Notes: generated from the letters alone by a model not told the origin. Shown: positions 20,698 to 30,805, counted from the first letter of the stretch. The stretch is 64,000 nucleotides of DNA from an uncultured Candidatus Rokubacteria bacterium (GCA_963747235.1 CAVVEU010000024.1:320001-384000); one strand, 5' to 3'. Made by a program: numbers and translations.

Positions 20698-21730
20698 CTA
20701 TTTCAGGCTGAGGAGGTAGGCGGCCAGAGCCTTCGACTGCTCCCCCTTCATCCCCAGGTTCGGCATCAGCGCGCCGGGCTTCATGTGAGCGGGATCCTCG
20801 ATCCACTTGGTCAGGTTGTCCGGGGTGGTGGCCATCAGCGACCCCGCGAAGGTCTTGCGGCTCGCGAAGTGGGTGAGATCGGGCCCGATGTGGCCGGCGG
20901 AGATCCCGGTGATGGTGTGGCAGCCCACGCACGTCGACTGGGTGAACAGGGTCTTGCCCTGCTGGGCGAGCGCGTCGGGCGACTCCACCGGGGCCGCCTG
21001 CTGGGCTCGGACCCACTTCTCGAAGTCGGCGGGCTCGTGCACGATGACCCGGAAGCGCATGTTGGCGTGCGACATCCCGCAGTACTCCGCGCACTGCCCC
21101 GGATATTCGCCGGGCGTGTCCGGAGTGAGCGTGATGTGGTTCACCCGGTGGGGGACCACGTCGCGCTTGCCGCCGAGCTGCGGGATCCAGAAGGAGTGGA
21201 TGACGTCGGGAGCGTTCAGGGCGAACGACACCGTCTGCCCGACGGGCAGGTGCAGCTCGTTGGCGGTGGTGATCTTCTGCTGCGGGTAGCGGAACTCCCA
21301 CCACCACTGCTTGCCGGAGACCTCGACCCGCAGGGCGGTGGCCGCCGGGCGCCTCTTGGGTCTTGAAAATCACTCTGATAGTGGGGATCGCGATGATCAG
21401 CAGGATCACCGCGAACGCGATGGTCCACGAGATCTCGAGCACGGTGTGGCCGTGCACCTGCTTGGGGATGGGCGCGCCCGGCCGGTCGCGGAAGCGCCAG
21501 CACGCGTAGACGAGGGCGACCTCCACCGCGATGAAGATGCCGAGCGTCCACCACGAGATCAGCATGAAGATGTCGTGGGTGATCTTCCCGAAGTCCGACT
21601 TCGGGATCACCGTGCTCATCGGGGTGTCCCAGTTCCAGCCCACCGCGCTGCAGGCGCTCGCGAGCAGGAGGACGGCTCCCAGCAGGCCGAGCCGCGTCCA
21701 GTCCAGGCGCTTCACGAGGCGGGCGATCAT
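20698..21730 (-). CDS. ctaC: Cytochrome c oxidase subunit II fused to cytochrome c (caa3), frameshift near 21350
   Basis: Lipobox-like LLLASAC, HGHTVLEISWT, QWWWEF, CuA ligands DVIHSFW and CAEYCGMSHANM, heme c motif CVGCH and a distal Met. Confidence 0.93.
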
Positions 21731-21760
21731 CGAAATCGGTCATGGCGTCGTGTGGTTCCT

Positions 21761-22027
21761 CTAGCGCGGGGCCGCCACCGATGGAGATGGCGTGCCGGTC
21801 GCGGCCACGGCGGGCCGGTGGACGTCGACGACGGCCACCCAGCTACGGGCGGCCAGGAAGAGCACGAGGAGCACCGGGATGCAGGTCCACAGCAGGTCGC
21901 TGCGCCGGCGTGCCTCCCGCGCCGACACCGCCCGGCGCGAGCGGAGCACGAAAGCGAGGGCGCTGGCCTGGGCAGCCAGGAAGACGGTCAGGACCAGGGC
22001 CAGCAGCAGGTGCACTATCGTGGGCAC
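21761..22027 (-). CDS. Small two-TM membrane protein at the head of the caa3 operon
   Basis: GAGG SD plus GTG 22027; two hydrophobic helices; SDLLWTCIPVLLVLFL resembles CoxII helix II. Confidence 0.55.
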   Translation of the reverse strand: MPTIVHLLLALVLTVFLAAQASALAFVLRSRRAVSAREARRRSDLLWTCIPVLLVLFLAARSWVAVVDVHRPAVAATGTPSPSVAAPR

Positions 22028-22066
22028 AGCTTCCTCATGGGATAGATGGCGCTGGATTCTTGCGGG

Positions 22067-22112
22067 AGTGTACTTGATCCCGCGGACGGTTGCCAAGTGG
22101 AAACTTTCACAT
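22067..22112 (-). promoter_or_regulatory. sigma70-type promoter of the caa3 operon with an adjacent Crp/Fnr- or Rex-like box
   Basis: TTGGCA-N18-TACACT; ATGTGAAAGTTTCCACTT abuts and overlaps the -35 element. Confidence 0.5.
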
Positions 22113-22141
22113 GCGCCCCTTGGCGGCCCGGCGGCGGCGCG

Positions 22142-23374
22142 CTAGCCGGCCAGCTTCAGCAGCGTGTGGAGCAGCGCGTTGGTGCCCCGCTCGATGGCCT
22201 TCCAGTCGCTCATCTCGTCGGGCCGGTGGCTGCGCCCGCCCCGCGAGGGGATGAAGAGCATCCCGGAGTCGGTCACGGTGGCCAGGTTCTGGGCGTCGTG
22301 CCCCGCGCCCGACGGCATGCGCTTGAAGCGGAGCTTGAGCTGCTCGCAGGCCGCCTGCACCGCGTTCATGACCCGCGGGGCGCAGCGCGCCGGGTCGGTG
22401 CGGGACATGGCCTCGACGACCACCTTCAGGCCGCGGCGGCGCGTGATGGTGCGGGCGAGCGCGGCGCACTCGCGGTCGAGCCGCGCGAGGATCTTCGGGT
22501 CCAGCTCGCGCATCTCCTGCATCAGCACCGCCTGCGCGGGCACGATGTTGGAGACGCCCGGGGAGAGCTCGATGCGCCCGAAGTTGGTCACGCTCCGGCC
22601 GCTGCCCTTTCGCACGATGTGCTCCCGCGCCTTCAGCGCGTACTCGCACGCGGCCAGGAAGGCGTCCTTGCGCCAGGCCATCGGGGTGGTGCCCGCGTGG
22701 TCCGGCTCGCCGACGAAGGTGAGGCGGTTGCGCCGGATGCCCACGATGCCCTCGACCAGCCCGATGGGCAGGCGCGCGGCCTCGAGGTGCGGGCCCTGCT
22801 CGATGTGCAGCTCGATGTAGGCGTGCAGCGTCCGCGGATCGCAGCGCGCCTCCGCCACCCGGCCCGCGTCGTACCCGGCCCGGGCCATCGCGTCCACCAG
22901 CCGGATGCCGTCCACCGCCTGGAGCTTGGGGACCTCGGCCAGATCGAGCTTGCCGGTGAAGGCGCGCGAGCCGAAGAGGCTGCCGTACCGGCCTTCCTCG
23001 TCGCTCCAGGCCACCACCGCCAGCGGCCGCCGCGTGTCGAGCCCGGCCGCCTTGATGGTCTGCAGGCACTCGAGCCCGGCCAGCACGCCGAGGGCGCCGT
23101 CGAGCGGACCGCCTTCGGGCACCGTGTCGATGTGGGAGCCGGTCAGCACGGCCGCCCCCTCGCCGCGGAGGGAGCCGAACGTGTTGCCCGCCGCGTCCAC
23201 GCGCGTCTCGAGCCCGGCCTCGACCATCCGCCCGAGCAGCCACTTCCGCGCTTCCTCGTGGGGCGGGCTCCAGCACGAGCGGGTGATGCCATGGCCGGCC
23301 GCGTTGCGGCCGTAGGAGGACAGGGTCTCGATATGGCTCTTCAAGCGGGGCAAGGAGATGCCGATGGTCGCCAT
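22142..23374 (-). CDS. M20-family Zn amidohydrolase (N-carbamoyl-L-amino acid hydrolase/allantoate amidohydrolase-like)
   Basis: GSHIDTV..GGPLDGALGV, DEEG, ELHIEQGP, HAGTTPM, SGAGHDA, SHRPDE. Confidence 0.9.
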   Translation of the reverse strand: MATIGISLPRLKSHIETLSSYGRNAAGHGITRSCWSPPHEEARKWLLGRMVEAGLETRVDAAGNTFGSLRGEGAAVLTGSHIDTVPEGGPLDGALGVLAGLECLQTIKAAGLDTRRPLAVVAWSDEEGRYGSLFGSRAFTGKLDLAEVPKLQAVDGIRLVDAMARAGYDAGRVAEARCDPRTLHAYIELHIEQGPHLEAARLPIGLVEGIVGIRRNRLTFVGEPDHAGTTPMAWRKDAFLAACEYALKAREHIVRKGSGRSVTNFGRIELSPGVSNIVPAQAVLMQEMRELDPKILARLDRECAALARTITRRRGLKVVVEAMSRTDPARCAPRVMNAVQAACEQLKLRFKRMPSGAGHDAQNLATVTDSGMLFIPSRGGRSHRPDEMSDWKAIERGTNALLHTLLKLAG

Positions 23375-23400
23375 GGCCGCCGCGAGTATACCCCACCCCC

Positions 23401-23449
23401 TTGACACTTTCTCGTGCGGGCTCGTATCATCGTACTGAACCTTCGTTCA
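23401..23449 (+). promoter_or_regulatory. sigma70 promoter and palindromic operator upstream of the acyl-CoA dehydrogenase genes
   Basis: TTGACA-N18-TATCAT (23401-23430) followed by TGAAC-CTTC-GTTCA (23436-23449) over the expected +1. Confidence 0.7.
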
Positions 23450-23503
23450 TCCTTACCCCGGTTAACCTCACTTACTGGCGACCCACCAACGTGGGAGGGT
23501 GCA

Positions 23504-24700
23504 TTGGATTTCACGCTGACGCCTGAGCAAACCTCGTTCCGCGACGAAGTGCGCGGCTGGCTGTCCAAGAACATGAAGCAGGACTGGGTCGCGCGTCTCA
23601 GCCAGGGTGCGGACATTCCGCGGCCCGAGGCCTACGAGATGCTCCGGCAGTGGCAGCGGCAGCTCTACGACGCCGGCTTCGTCGGGGTGACCTGGCCCAA
23701 GGAAGCGGGCGGCCGTGGGCTGACGTTCATGGAGGAGATGATCCTCCAGCAGGAGATGGCGCTCGCCAAGGCCCCGCCGGTGCTCAACATCCTGGCCGTC
23801 GGCATGGCCGGGCCCACGATCATCGCCTACGGCACCGACGAGCAGAAGAAGCGCTACCCGCCCAAGATGCTCTCGTGCGAGGAGATCTGGTGCCAGGGCT
23901 ACTCCGAGCCCAACGCGGGCTCCGACCTGGCGTCGTTGCAGACCCGCGCGGAGAAGGACGGCGACCACTACGTGATCAACGGGCAGAAGGTGTGGACGTC
24001 GCTCGCCCACGTCGCGGACTACATGATGCTGCTGGCCCGCACCGATCCGAGCGCGCCCAAGCACAAGGGCATCACCTACTTCCTGCTCGACATGAAGAGC
24101 CCCGGCATCACCGTCAAGCCGCTCAAGCAGATGACCGGCGACGCGGAGTTCAACGAGGTCTACTTCGACAACGTCCGCGTCCACGAGTCGCAGATCCTGG
24201 GCGGCTTCAACAACGGCTGGGCGGTCGGGCTCACCACCCTGATGTACGAGCGTCTCGCGCTCGGCTTCGGCCTGCAGGTGCGCCTGCGCATCGTGCTGGA
24301 CAGCCTCGTGGACCTCGCGCGCAACACCAAGAAGAACGGGGTGCCGGTGACGCAGGACCCGGTGATGCGCCAGAAGCTGGCCCAGATGTGGATCGACACC
24401 GAGGTGTTCAAGTACACCGGAGCCCGCGCGATCACCAAGCTGCTCCGGGGCGAGCTGCCCGGCCCCGAGGCCTCCGCGGGTAAGATGATGTGGGTGGAAG
24501 GGCATCAGCGCGTGCAGGAGCTCGCCATGGAGATCCAGGGCGCGTTCGGCCAGCTCACCCACGGCAGCGAGTGGGCGGTGGCGGACGGCCTCTGGCAGCA
24601 CACCTTCCTGCGCTCGCGGGCCAACTCGATCGAAGGCGGCACCACCGAGATCCAGCGCAACATCATCGGCGAGCGCGTGCTCGGCCTCCCGAAAGGCTAA
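23504..24700 (+). CDS. Acyl-CoA dehydrogenase (catalytic-type subunit)
   Basis: TTG start after GGGAGG; WCQGYSEPNAGSDLASL, NGQKVWTS, EFNEVYF, SIEGGTTEIQRNIIGERVLGLP. Confidence 0.92.
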   Translation: MDFTLTPEQTSFRDEVRGWLSKNMKQDWVARLSQGADIPRPEAYEMLRQWQRQLYDAGFVGVTWPKEAGGRGLTFMEEMILQQEMALAKAPPVLNILAVGMAGPTIIAYGTDEQKKRYPPKMLSCEEIWCQGYSEPNAGSDLASLQTRAEKDGDHYVINGQKVWTSLAHVADYMMLLARTDPSAPKHKGITYFLLDMKSPGITVKPLKQMTGDAEFNEVYFDNVRVHESQILGGFNNGWAVGLTTLMYERLALGFGLQVRLRIVLDSLVDLARNTKKNGVPVTQDPVMRQKLAQMWIDTEVFKYTGARAITKLLRGELPGPEASAGKMMWVEGHQRVQELAMEIQGAFGQLTHGSEWAVADGLWQHTFLRSRANSIEGGTTEIQRNIIGERVLGLPKG

Positions 24701-24703
24701 GCC

Positions 24704-25840
24704 ATGAACTTCGGGTTCAGCGAAGAGCAGGAGCTGCTCCGGAACACCGCGCGGAAGTTCTTCGAGAACGAGTGCCCCTCCGACACGGTGCGGCGCCTGA
24801 TGGAGACGCCGGAGGGCATCAACCCGGAGCTGTGGAAGAAGCTGGCCGAGCAGGGCTGGCTGGGCCTGATCTATCCCGAGCAGTACGACGGCATGGCGCT
24901 CGGTCTGGTGGACCTGGTCGTGCTCATGGAGGAGATGGGCCGCGCGGTGACGCCGGGCCCGTACTTCTCCACCGTGCTGCTGGGCGGGCTCGCCGTGCTC
25001 GAGGCGGGGAGCGACGCGCAGAAGAAGGAGTGGCTGCCGAAGATCGCGGCGGGCGACAAGCGTGTCGCCCTCGCCTGGATGGAGCCGAGCGCGCAGCTCG
25101 GCCCTGCCGGGGTCACCCTGACCGCGGTCGAGAAGGGTGGCACGTACACGCTCTCCGGCACCAAGCTCTTCGTCCACGACGCCCACACCGCGGACGCCCT
25201 CGTGGTGGCCGCGCGGACGCGGCCGGGCGCGGGCGCCGACGGGGTCTCGCTCTTTCTCCTGCCCAGGGGCACGAAGGGGCTCGAGGTGACGCTGCTGCCC
25301 ACCATGGACCAGACCCGCAAGCTCTGCGAGGTCGCGTGCGCCGACGTCACGGTGGGCGCCGACGCGCTGCTCGGCGCGGCGGGGGCGGGCTGGGCGCCGC
25401 TCGCCCGCGTGCTCGATCGCGCCACCGTGGCCCTCTGCGCCGAGATGTGCGGCGGGGCCCAGAAGGTGCTCGACATGACGGTCGAGTACGCGAAGATCCG
25501 CCAGGCCTTCGGCCGGCCGATCGGCTCGTACCAGGGCGTCAAGCACCGCGCGGCCGACATGCTGGTGGACGTGGAGAACAGCAAGTCCATCACCTACTAC
25601 GCGGCGTGGGCGCTCGACGAGAACTCGCCGGAGGCGCCGCTGGCGGTCAGCATGGCCAAGGCCTACGTCTCCGACGCCTTCCGGCGCGTCGCGGCGGCGG
25701 GCATCCAGCTCCACGGCGGCATCGGCTTCACCTGGGAGCACGACCTGCACCTCTACTTCAAGCGCGCGAAGGGCTCCGAGTTCACCTTCGGCGACGCCAC
25801 CCATCATCGCGAGCGGGTGGCGCAGCTCGTGAATCTCTAG
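24704..25840 (+). CDS. Acyl-CoA dehydrogenase (partner subunit)
   Basis: MNFGFSEEQ, RQAFGRPIGSYQGVKHR, IQLHGGIGFTWEHD.HLYFKRA. Confidence 0.92.
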   Translation: MNFGFSEEQELLRNTARKFFENECPSDTVRRLMETPEGINPELWKKLAEQGWLGLIYPEQYDGMALGLVDLVVLMEEMGRAVTPGPYFSTVLLGGLAVLEAGSDAQKKEWLPKIAAGDKRVALAWMEPSAQLGPAGVTLTAVEKGGTYTLSGTKLFVHDAHTADALVVAARTRPGAGADGVSLFLLPRGTKGLEVTLLPTMDQTRKLCEVACADVTVGADALLGAAGAGWAPLARVLDRATVALCAEMCGGAQKVLDMTVEYAKIRQAFGRPIGSYQGVKHRAADMLVDVENSKSITYYAAWALDENSPEAPLAVSMAKAYVSDAFRRVAAAGIQLHGGIGFTWEHDLHLYFKRAKGSEFTFGDATHHRERVAQLVNL

Positions 25841-25850
25841 TCCGCTCCCG

Positions 25851-27182
25851 ATGATCAAGCGGGTCCGGCAGCACGTGGGCCGGTGGATGCGGCGCGATCC
25901 GCGCGACGCGGCCGCCGACGCGCTCCTCTTCGCCGACCACGAAGAGATCCAGGACATCGCGCGCCAGATCCGCCGCACCAAGGTGGAGATGGACCGCTCG
26001 GTGCTCTCCATGCGGAGCTGGGCGCGCGACCTCGGCCGGCGCCTCGCGGAGGCGCCCCGCGGCCTCTCCCGCAACGAGGACCTGCGCGCGCTCGGCGAGA
26101 CCGTGGGCGGCCTCGCGCACAACTTCAACAACTCGCTCGCCGCGATCCTGGCCTACACCGAGCTGATGCTGCGCGAGAGCGAGTCGGAGGCCGCGCGCCG
26201 GCGGCTCATGGTGATCCGCGACGTGGCGCTCGAGGCGTCCGCGACGGTTCGCAAGCTGCAGGAGTTCGTCTCGCGCCAGCCCCAGACCGCCTACGGGCCG
26301 GTGGGCCTGCCCGCGGTCATCGCGGAGGCCCTCGAGCTCACCTCGCCGCGCTGGCGCGACGAGGCGGATCGCAAGGGCACCGTCATCACGGTGACCCAGG
26401 ACATGGAGGCCCTGCCGCCCGTCGAGGGCAATGCCTTCGAGCTGCGCGACGCCCTCGTGCGCCTCATCCACAACGCGGTGGACGCCATGCCGCGCGGCGG
26501 GTCCCTGGCCATCCGGGCCGCCGCCGAGGCCTCGGGCTGGGTGGTCGTGGAGGTGACGGACACCGGCGTGGGCATGTCGGTGGAGCAGCGGCGGCGCCTG
26601 GCCGAGCACGCCCGGAGCCTCCAGCCGGGGCAGGGGCCCGCGCAGGGGCTGGCCGAGGTCTACGACATCGTCGAGCGGCACGGGGGCAGCGTGACCATCG
26701 ACAGCGCGGTCGGCAAGGGCACCACGGTGCGGCTGCGGCTGCACGCGAGCCGCTTCCAGATCATCCCCGCCTCCGAGGGGCTGGCCGAGCGGCAGGTCGC
26801 GCCGGAGCATGCCGCGCGCGTGCTCCTGGTGGACGACGATCCGCGCCTGCTCACCGTGCTCTCCGACGTGCTGCGCAGCGAGGGGCACGCGATCACCACC
26901 GCCGCCAACGGCGACGAGGCGCTCGCGGTGTTCGATCCGGGCGCGCACGACGTGGTCATCACCGATCTCGGCATGCCCAAGATGAACGGCTGGGAAGTGG
27001 CCGAGCGCATCAAGACGCGCTCGCCCGCGACCGCGGTGTTCATCCTCACCGGGTGGGGCGAGGGCGTCTCGGCGCACGAGTCCATGCAGTTCGTGGACCG
27101 CGTCATCGCCAAGCCGGTGTCCGCGGAAGCCCTGCTGGAGCAGCTCGCCGGTCTCACGCGGTCCCGCGTCCCGCCCGCGTGA
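25851..27182 (+). CDS. Cytoplasmic hybrid histidine kinase with C-terminal receiver
   Basis: H-box GLAHNFNNSL, NAVDAM, DTGVGM, GKGTT; receiver VDDD...TDLGMP...KP. Confidence 0.88.
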   Translation: MIKRVRQHVGRWMRRDPRDAAADALLFADHEEIQDIARQIRRTKVEMDRSVLSMRSWARDLGRRLAEAPRGLSRNEDLRALGETVGGLAHNFNNSLAAILAYTELMLRESESEAARRRLMVIRDVALEASATVRKLQEFVSRQPQTAYGPVGLPAVIAEALELTSPRWRDEADRKGTVITVTQDMEALPPVEGNAFELRDALVRLIHNAVDAMPRGGSLAIRAAAEASGWVVVEVTDTGVGMSVEQRRRLAEHARSLQPGQGPAQGLAEVYDIVERHGGSVTIDSAVGKGTTVRLRLHASRFQIIPASEGLAERQVAPEHAARVLLVDDDPRLLTVLSDVLRSEGHAITTAANGDEALAVFDPGAHDVVITDLGMPKMNGWEVAERIKTRSPATAVFILTGWGEGVSAHESMQFVDRVIAKPVSAEALLEQLAGLTRSRVPPA

Positions 27183-27989
27183 CGGCCGCTCCGTCTCCGC
27201 CCGTCGCCCCCCGGCCCGCCGCCTCCGTGCTGCTGGTGCGCCCGGGCACGGCCTGCCCGGTCGAGGTCTACATGATCCGGCGGCAGAAGAGCATGCGCTT
27301 CCTGGGCGGCTTCTACGCCTTCCCCGGCGGCAAGGTCGAGCCCGCCGACGGCTCCGAGGAAGCGGTCGCCCGCTGCCGCGGCATCTCCTCGGCCGCCGCG
27401 CTCGCCGCCTTCCCGGCCGCGGACGGGATCCCGCCGCTCGCCTTCTGGGTCACCGCCGCGCGCGAGCTGGTCGAGGAGACGGGGCTGCTGGTCGGCTGCG
27501 ACGCCGACGGCCGGCCGGTGGACACGCGTGATTCGGCGGTCCGTGACCGCGTGGAACGGCTCCGTCACGCCCTGGCCGGCGAGGAGGCGCCCTTCCACGT
27601 GCTGCTCGGCCGCGAGGGCTGGCACCTCGACCTCGCGCCCTTTCGCTACCTCTCGCACTTCATCACGCCGCCCTCGAACCCGATCCGCTTCACCGCGCGC
27701 TTCTTCCTGGCCCCGGTGCCGGCCGGGCAGGAGCCGCGCCTGCTCGGCGGCGAGGCCTCCGAGGGCTTCTGGATCGATCCCGCCGAGGGCCACCGCCGCT
27801 TCCTCGCGGGGGAGATGCCGATGGCCGAGCCGGCCGACTGCGGGCTCGGGTACATCGCGGGCTTCGACACGCTGGACGCGCGTGTGGGCCGCGCACACCG
27901 ACGGGCGCCACAAGTTCCACGGCATCCTCGACCGCATCGAAACGGCTGGCTTCTCCATTCCCCGGAGCAAGCGAGTCGGCCAGAGCTGA
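27179..27989 (+). CDS. NUDIX hydrolase (NUDT19-like), frameshift near 27880
   Basis: PRPAASVLL, MRFLGGFYAFPGGKVE, AARELVEETG, HFITP, RFTARFF. Confidence 0.82.
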
Positions 27990-28002
27990 GCGCGCGCGCG
28001 GC

Positions 28003-29509
28003 ATGGACAATGCGGCGGCCCTCTTCGTGGACGCGCCGGTCGAGGAAGGCCACGGCGCGCGGACGGCCCTCGCTCACCCCGACCGGGCCCGTCAGCTACG
28101 CCGATCTCCAGCGCCTGACCGATCGGGCCGCCCACGCGCTGCGGGCGCGCGGGGTGGAGCCCGAGCAGCGCGTGGCGATCCTCCTCCCCGACGGTCCCGC
28201 CTGGGCCGCGACCTTCTTCGCCGCGCTGAAGCTCGGCGCGGTGGCGGTCCCGCTGAACACGCGGCTCGACGCCGCCCAGCTCCGGACCGTCCTGGCCGAT
28301 TGCCGGCCGAAGGTGGTGGTGGCCGATCGCGCGGTGCTGGCCGCGTCGGGCCCACCCCGGACGGTCGCGTCCACGCTCGGCCCCCGCGCGCTCGACTTCG
28401 ACACGCTGGTGGCCGGCGCGTCCGACACGGCGCTGCCGCCCGAGCCGGTGGGCGGCGACGCGATGGCCTTCTGGCTCTACACGTCCGGCACGACCGGCTC
28501 GCCGAAGGCGGCCGTGCACTGCCACCGCACGCTCCCCGCGTGCCACCACTACCTGGACGTGCTCGGCGTGACCGCCGCCGACCGGATCTTCGCCACGTCG
28601 AAGCTCTTCTTCGCCTACGCCCTCGGCAACGCGCTGCTGATTCCGCTCCGCGCCCGCGCCACGACGTACCTGCACCCGGGCTGGCCGGATCCGGCCACGG
28701 TGGCGACCGCGATGCGCGAGATTCGCCCCACCCTCTTCTTCTCCGTGCCGACGGTCTACGCGCGGCTGCTCCACGCCGACCTGCCCGCCGAGACCTTCAG
28801 CTCGGCGCGCCTCTGCGTCTCGGCCGGCGAGCGGCTGCCCGCCGAGCTCTACGCCGCCTGGCGGGAGCGGTTCGGCGTGGAGATCCTCGACGGCATCGGC
28901 GCCACCGAGACCATCTTCATGATGCTCTCCAACCGGCCGGGCCGGAGCCGCCCCGGGTCCTCGGGCGAGCCGGTGCCGGGCACGGAGGCCCGGATCCTGG
29001 ACGCGGAGGGCCGGCCGGTGCCGGACGGCCAGGAAGGCGTGCTCTGGGTGCGCGCGCCCTCGCAGGCCGCCGGCTACTGGCAGCGCCTCGACCACTCGCG
29101 CCGGACCTTCGTGGGCGACTGGTTCCGCACCGGCGACGTCTACCGCCGCGAGGCGGACGGCGGGCACGTCCACTGCGGCCGCGAGGACGATTTCTTCAAG
29201 GTGGCCGGGCAGTGGGTGGCCCCGGCCGCGGTAGAATCGGTCCTGCTCCGGCACCCGGGCGTGCTCGACGGCGGGGTCGTCGGCGCCGAGGAGGCCGGTG
29301 GGCTCATCAAGCCCTTCGTGTTCGTCGTGCCGCGCGATCCGGCTGCTGAGCCGGAGGCGCTGCGGGCGGACGTGCGGCGGTTCCTGGAGGGCGCGCTGCC
29401 GCCCCACCAGCGGCCGCGGGAGATCAGGATCGTGAGCGAGCTGCCGCGCACCGCGACCGGGAAGCTCCAGCGCTTCCGCCTGCGCGAGCTGGTGCAGGCC
29501 CACGCGTGA
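28003..29509 (+). CDS. Benzoate-CoA ligase family (aryl-CoA ligase), frameshift near 28075
   Basis: FWLYTSGTTGSPK, KLFFAYALGN, SAGERLP, DGIGATE, FRTGD, LPRTATGKLQRF. Confidence 0.9.
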
Positions 29510-29937
29510 CGGTCGCCAACGCGCTGGCCGTGAAGGTGCGCTGGAGCGAGGCCGATCCGGCCGGGATCGTGTTCTACCCGCGCTTCTTCGAGTGGTTCGA
29601 CCTGGGCACCGAGGCCCTCTTCGAGGCGCTCGGGCTGCCGTGGCGCGAGCTGTTTCCGGCCGAGCGCATCGTGGGCGTGCCCATCGTGGAGACGGGCGCG
29701 CGCTTCGCCTCGCCGGTCCGCTACGGCGACCTGGTGCGGATCGAGACCACGGTGAGCGAGGTGCGCGAGAAGACGTTCCGGGTCGAGCACGAGATATCCG
29801 TCGGCGGCCGGCGCTGCGCCACCGGCTTCGAGGTGCGCGCCTGGGTGGCGCAGCCCGAGACCCCCGGCGGCGCCCTGGCCGCCCGCCCCATCGCCGCGCG
29901 GGTCGCCGCCCGCCTCAGGGGAGAATCCGGTCCATGA
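29506..29937 (+). CDS. 4-hydroxybenzoyl-CoA thioesterase-family hotdog thioesterase
   Basis: VRWSEADPAGIVFYPRFFEWFD, PIVETGARF..P.RYGD. Confidence 0.88.
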   Translation: MTVANALAVKVRWSEADPAGIVFYPRFFEWFDLGTEALFEALGLPWRELFPAERIVGVPIVETGARFASPVRYGDLVRIETTVSEVREKTFRVEHEISVGGRRCATGFEVRAWVAQPETPGGALAARPIAARVAARLRGESGP

Positions 29938-30770
29938 GCCCACTCGCCGCCGCATTCCTGACCGTCCACACCCCGCGCTACTGCACGCTCGAGGCCGCCA
30001 TCGAGGGCAAGCTCGCGTCGGAAGTCTTCCGCCCGGTGCGCGACGGCCTGATCGCGCAGGGCGACGTCGTGGCGCAGGCCAGGCTCGACGTGACCGTGAT
30101 CAACTCGTGCCACCTGATCACCACGTTCCCCACCGTGGTGGACGGCACCCCGCGGCACCAGGGCGTGCTCACCGCGCAGGAGGCGCCCGAGATCATTCAC
30201 GGCGTGGCCTACGACTACCCGGGCGACTACGACCTGGCCGCGCGCCTCATCGCCCGCGGCCGAGCGGCGGGCCTCCAGTGCGTGCTGGCCAACGACGTCC
30301 ACTATCCGCTCGACTACGGCACGCTGATGCCGATGGTCTGCTATCTGGATCGCGCGCAGCGCACCCCGATCGTGCCGGTGTCGGTCTGCCTGTCCGCCGA
30401 TCTGAACGAGGCCCACGCGTGGGGCCGCCACGTGGCCCGGGTGGCGGGCGAGAGCGACAAGCGCGTCGGCTTCGTGGCCAGCGGCAGCGTCTCCCACAAG
30501 CTGGTGCGGGGGCCGGAGAAGGCGCCCCTGCCGGCCGACCAGGAGCTCGACCACCGCTTCGCCCGGCTCCTGGCCGACGGCGAGTTCGAGAAGCTCTGGG
30601 CCTGGCTCCCCGAGTTCACGCGCACCACCGAGGCCGAGATGGGCGGCCGCCACCTGGCCATGCTGCTGGGGGCGGTCATGGAGTCGGGCCGGCGCTTCGT
30701 GCCCGCCGTCCACGCCTACGGCCCGTCCTCGGGCAGCGGCAACTACGTGATCTCCCTAACCGGTCTATAA
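29934..30770 (+). CDS. LigB-superfamily extradiol ring-cleavage dioxygenase (HpaD/aminophenol dioxygenase-like)
   Basis: TVHTP, NSCH, YDYPGD..LA, LDYGTLMP, FVASGSVSH, EMG; ATGA-coupled. Confidence 0.8.
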   Translation: MSPLAAAFLTVHTPRYCTLEAAIEGKLASEVFRPVRDGLIAQGDVVAQARLDVTVINSCHLITTFPTVVDGTPRHQGVLTAQEAPEIIHGVAYDYPGDYDLAARLIARGRAAGLQCVLANDVHYPLDYGTLMPMVCYLDRAQRTPIVPVSVCLSADLNEAHAWGRHVARVAGESDKRVGFVASGSVSHKLVRGPEKAPLPADQELDHRFARLLADGEFEKLWAWLPEFTRTTEAEMGGRHLAMLLGAVMESGRRFVPAVHAYGPSSGSGNYVISLTGL

Positions 30771-30805
30771 TCGACCGCTCGCACTCTCCCAAGGAGGGGA
30801 CAGGA

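Noticed and set aside
22086-22094. GACGGTTGCC shared between the caa3 promoter and the grpE promoter
   Set aside because: It sits in different registers relative to the -10 elements and is probably chance.
25883-29509. Apparent giant fusion ORFs such as NUDIX-CoA ligase (1208 aa), 39272-42007, 47969-51673 and 53536-56850
   Set aside because: They arise from indels or stop-poor frames joining separate genes; each component has its own start and stop.
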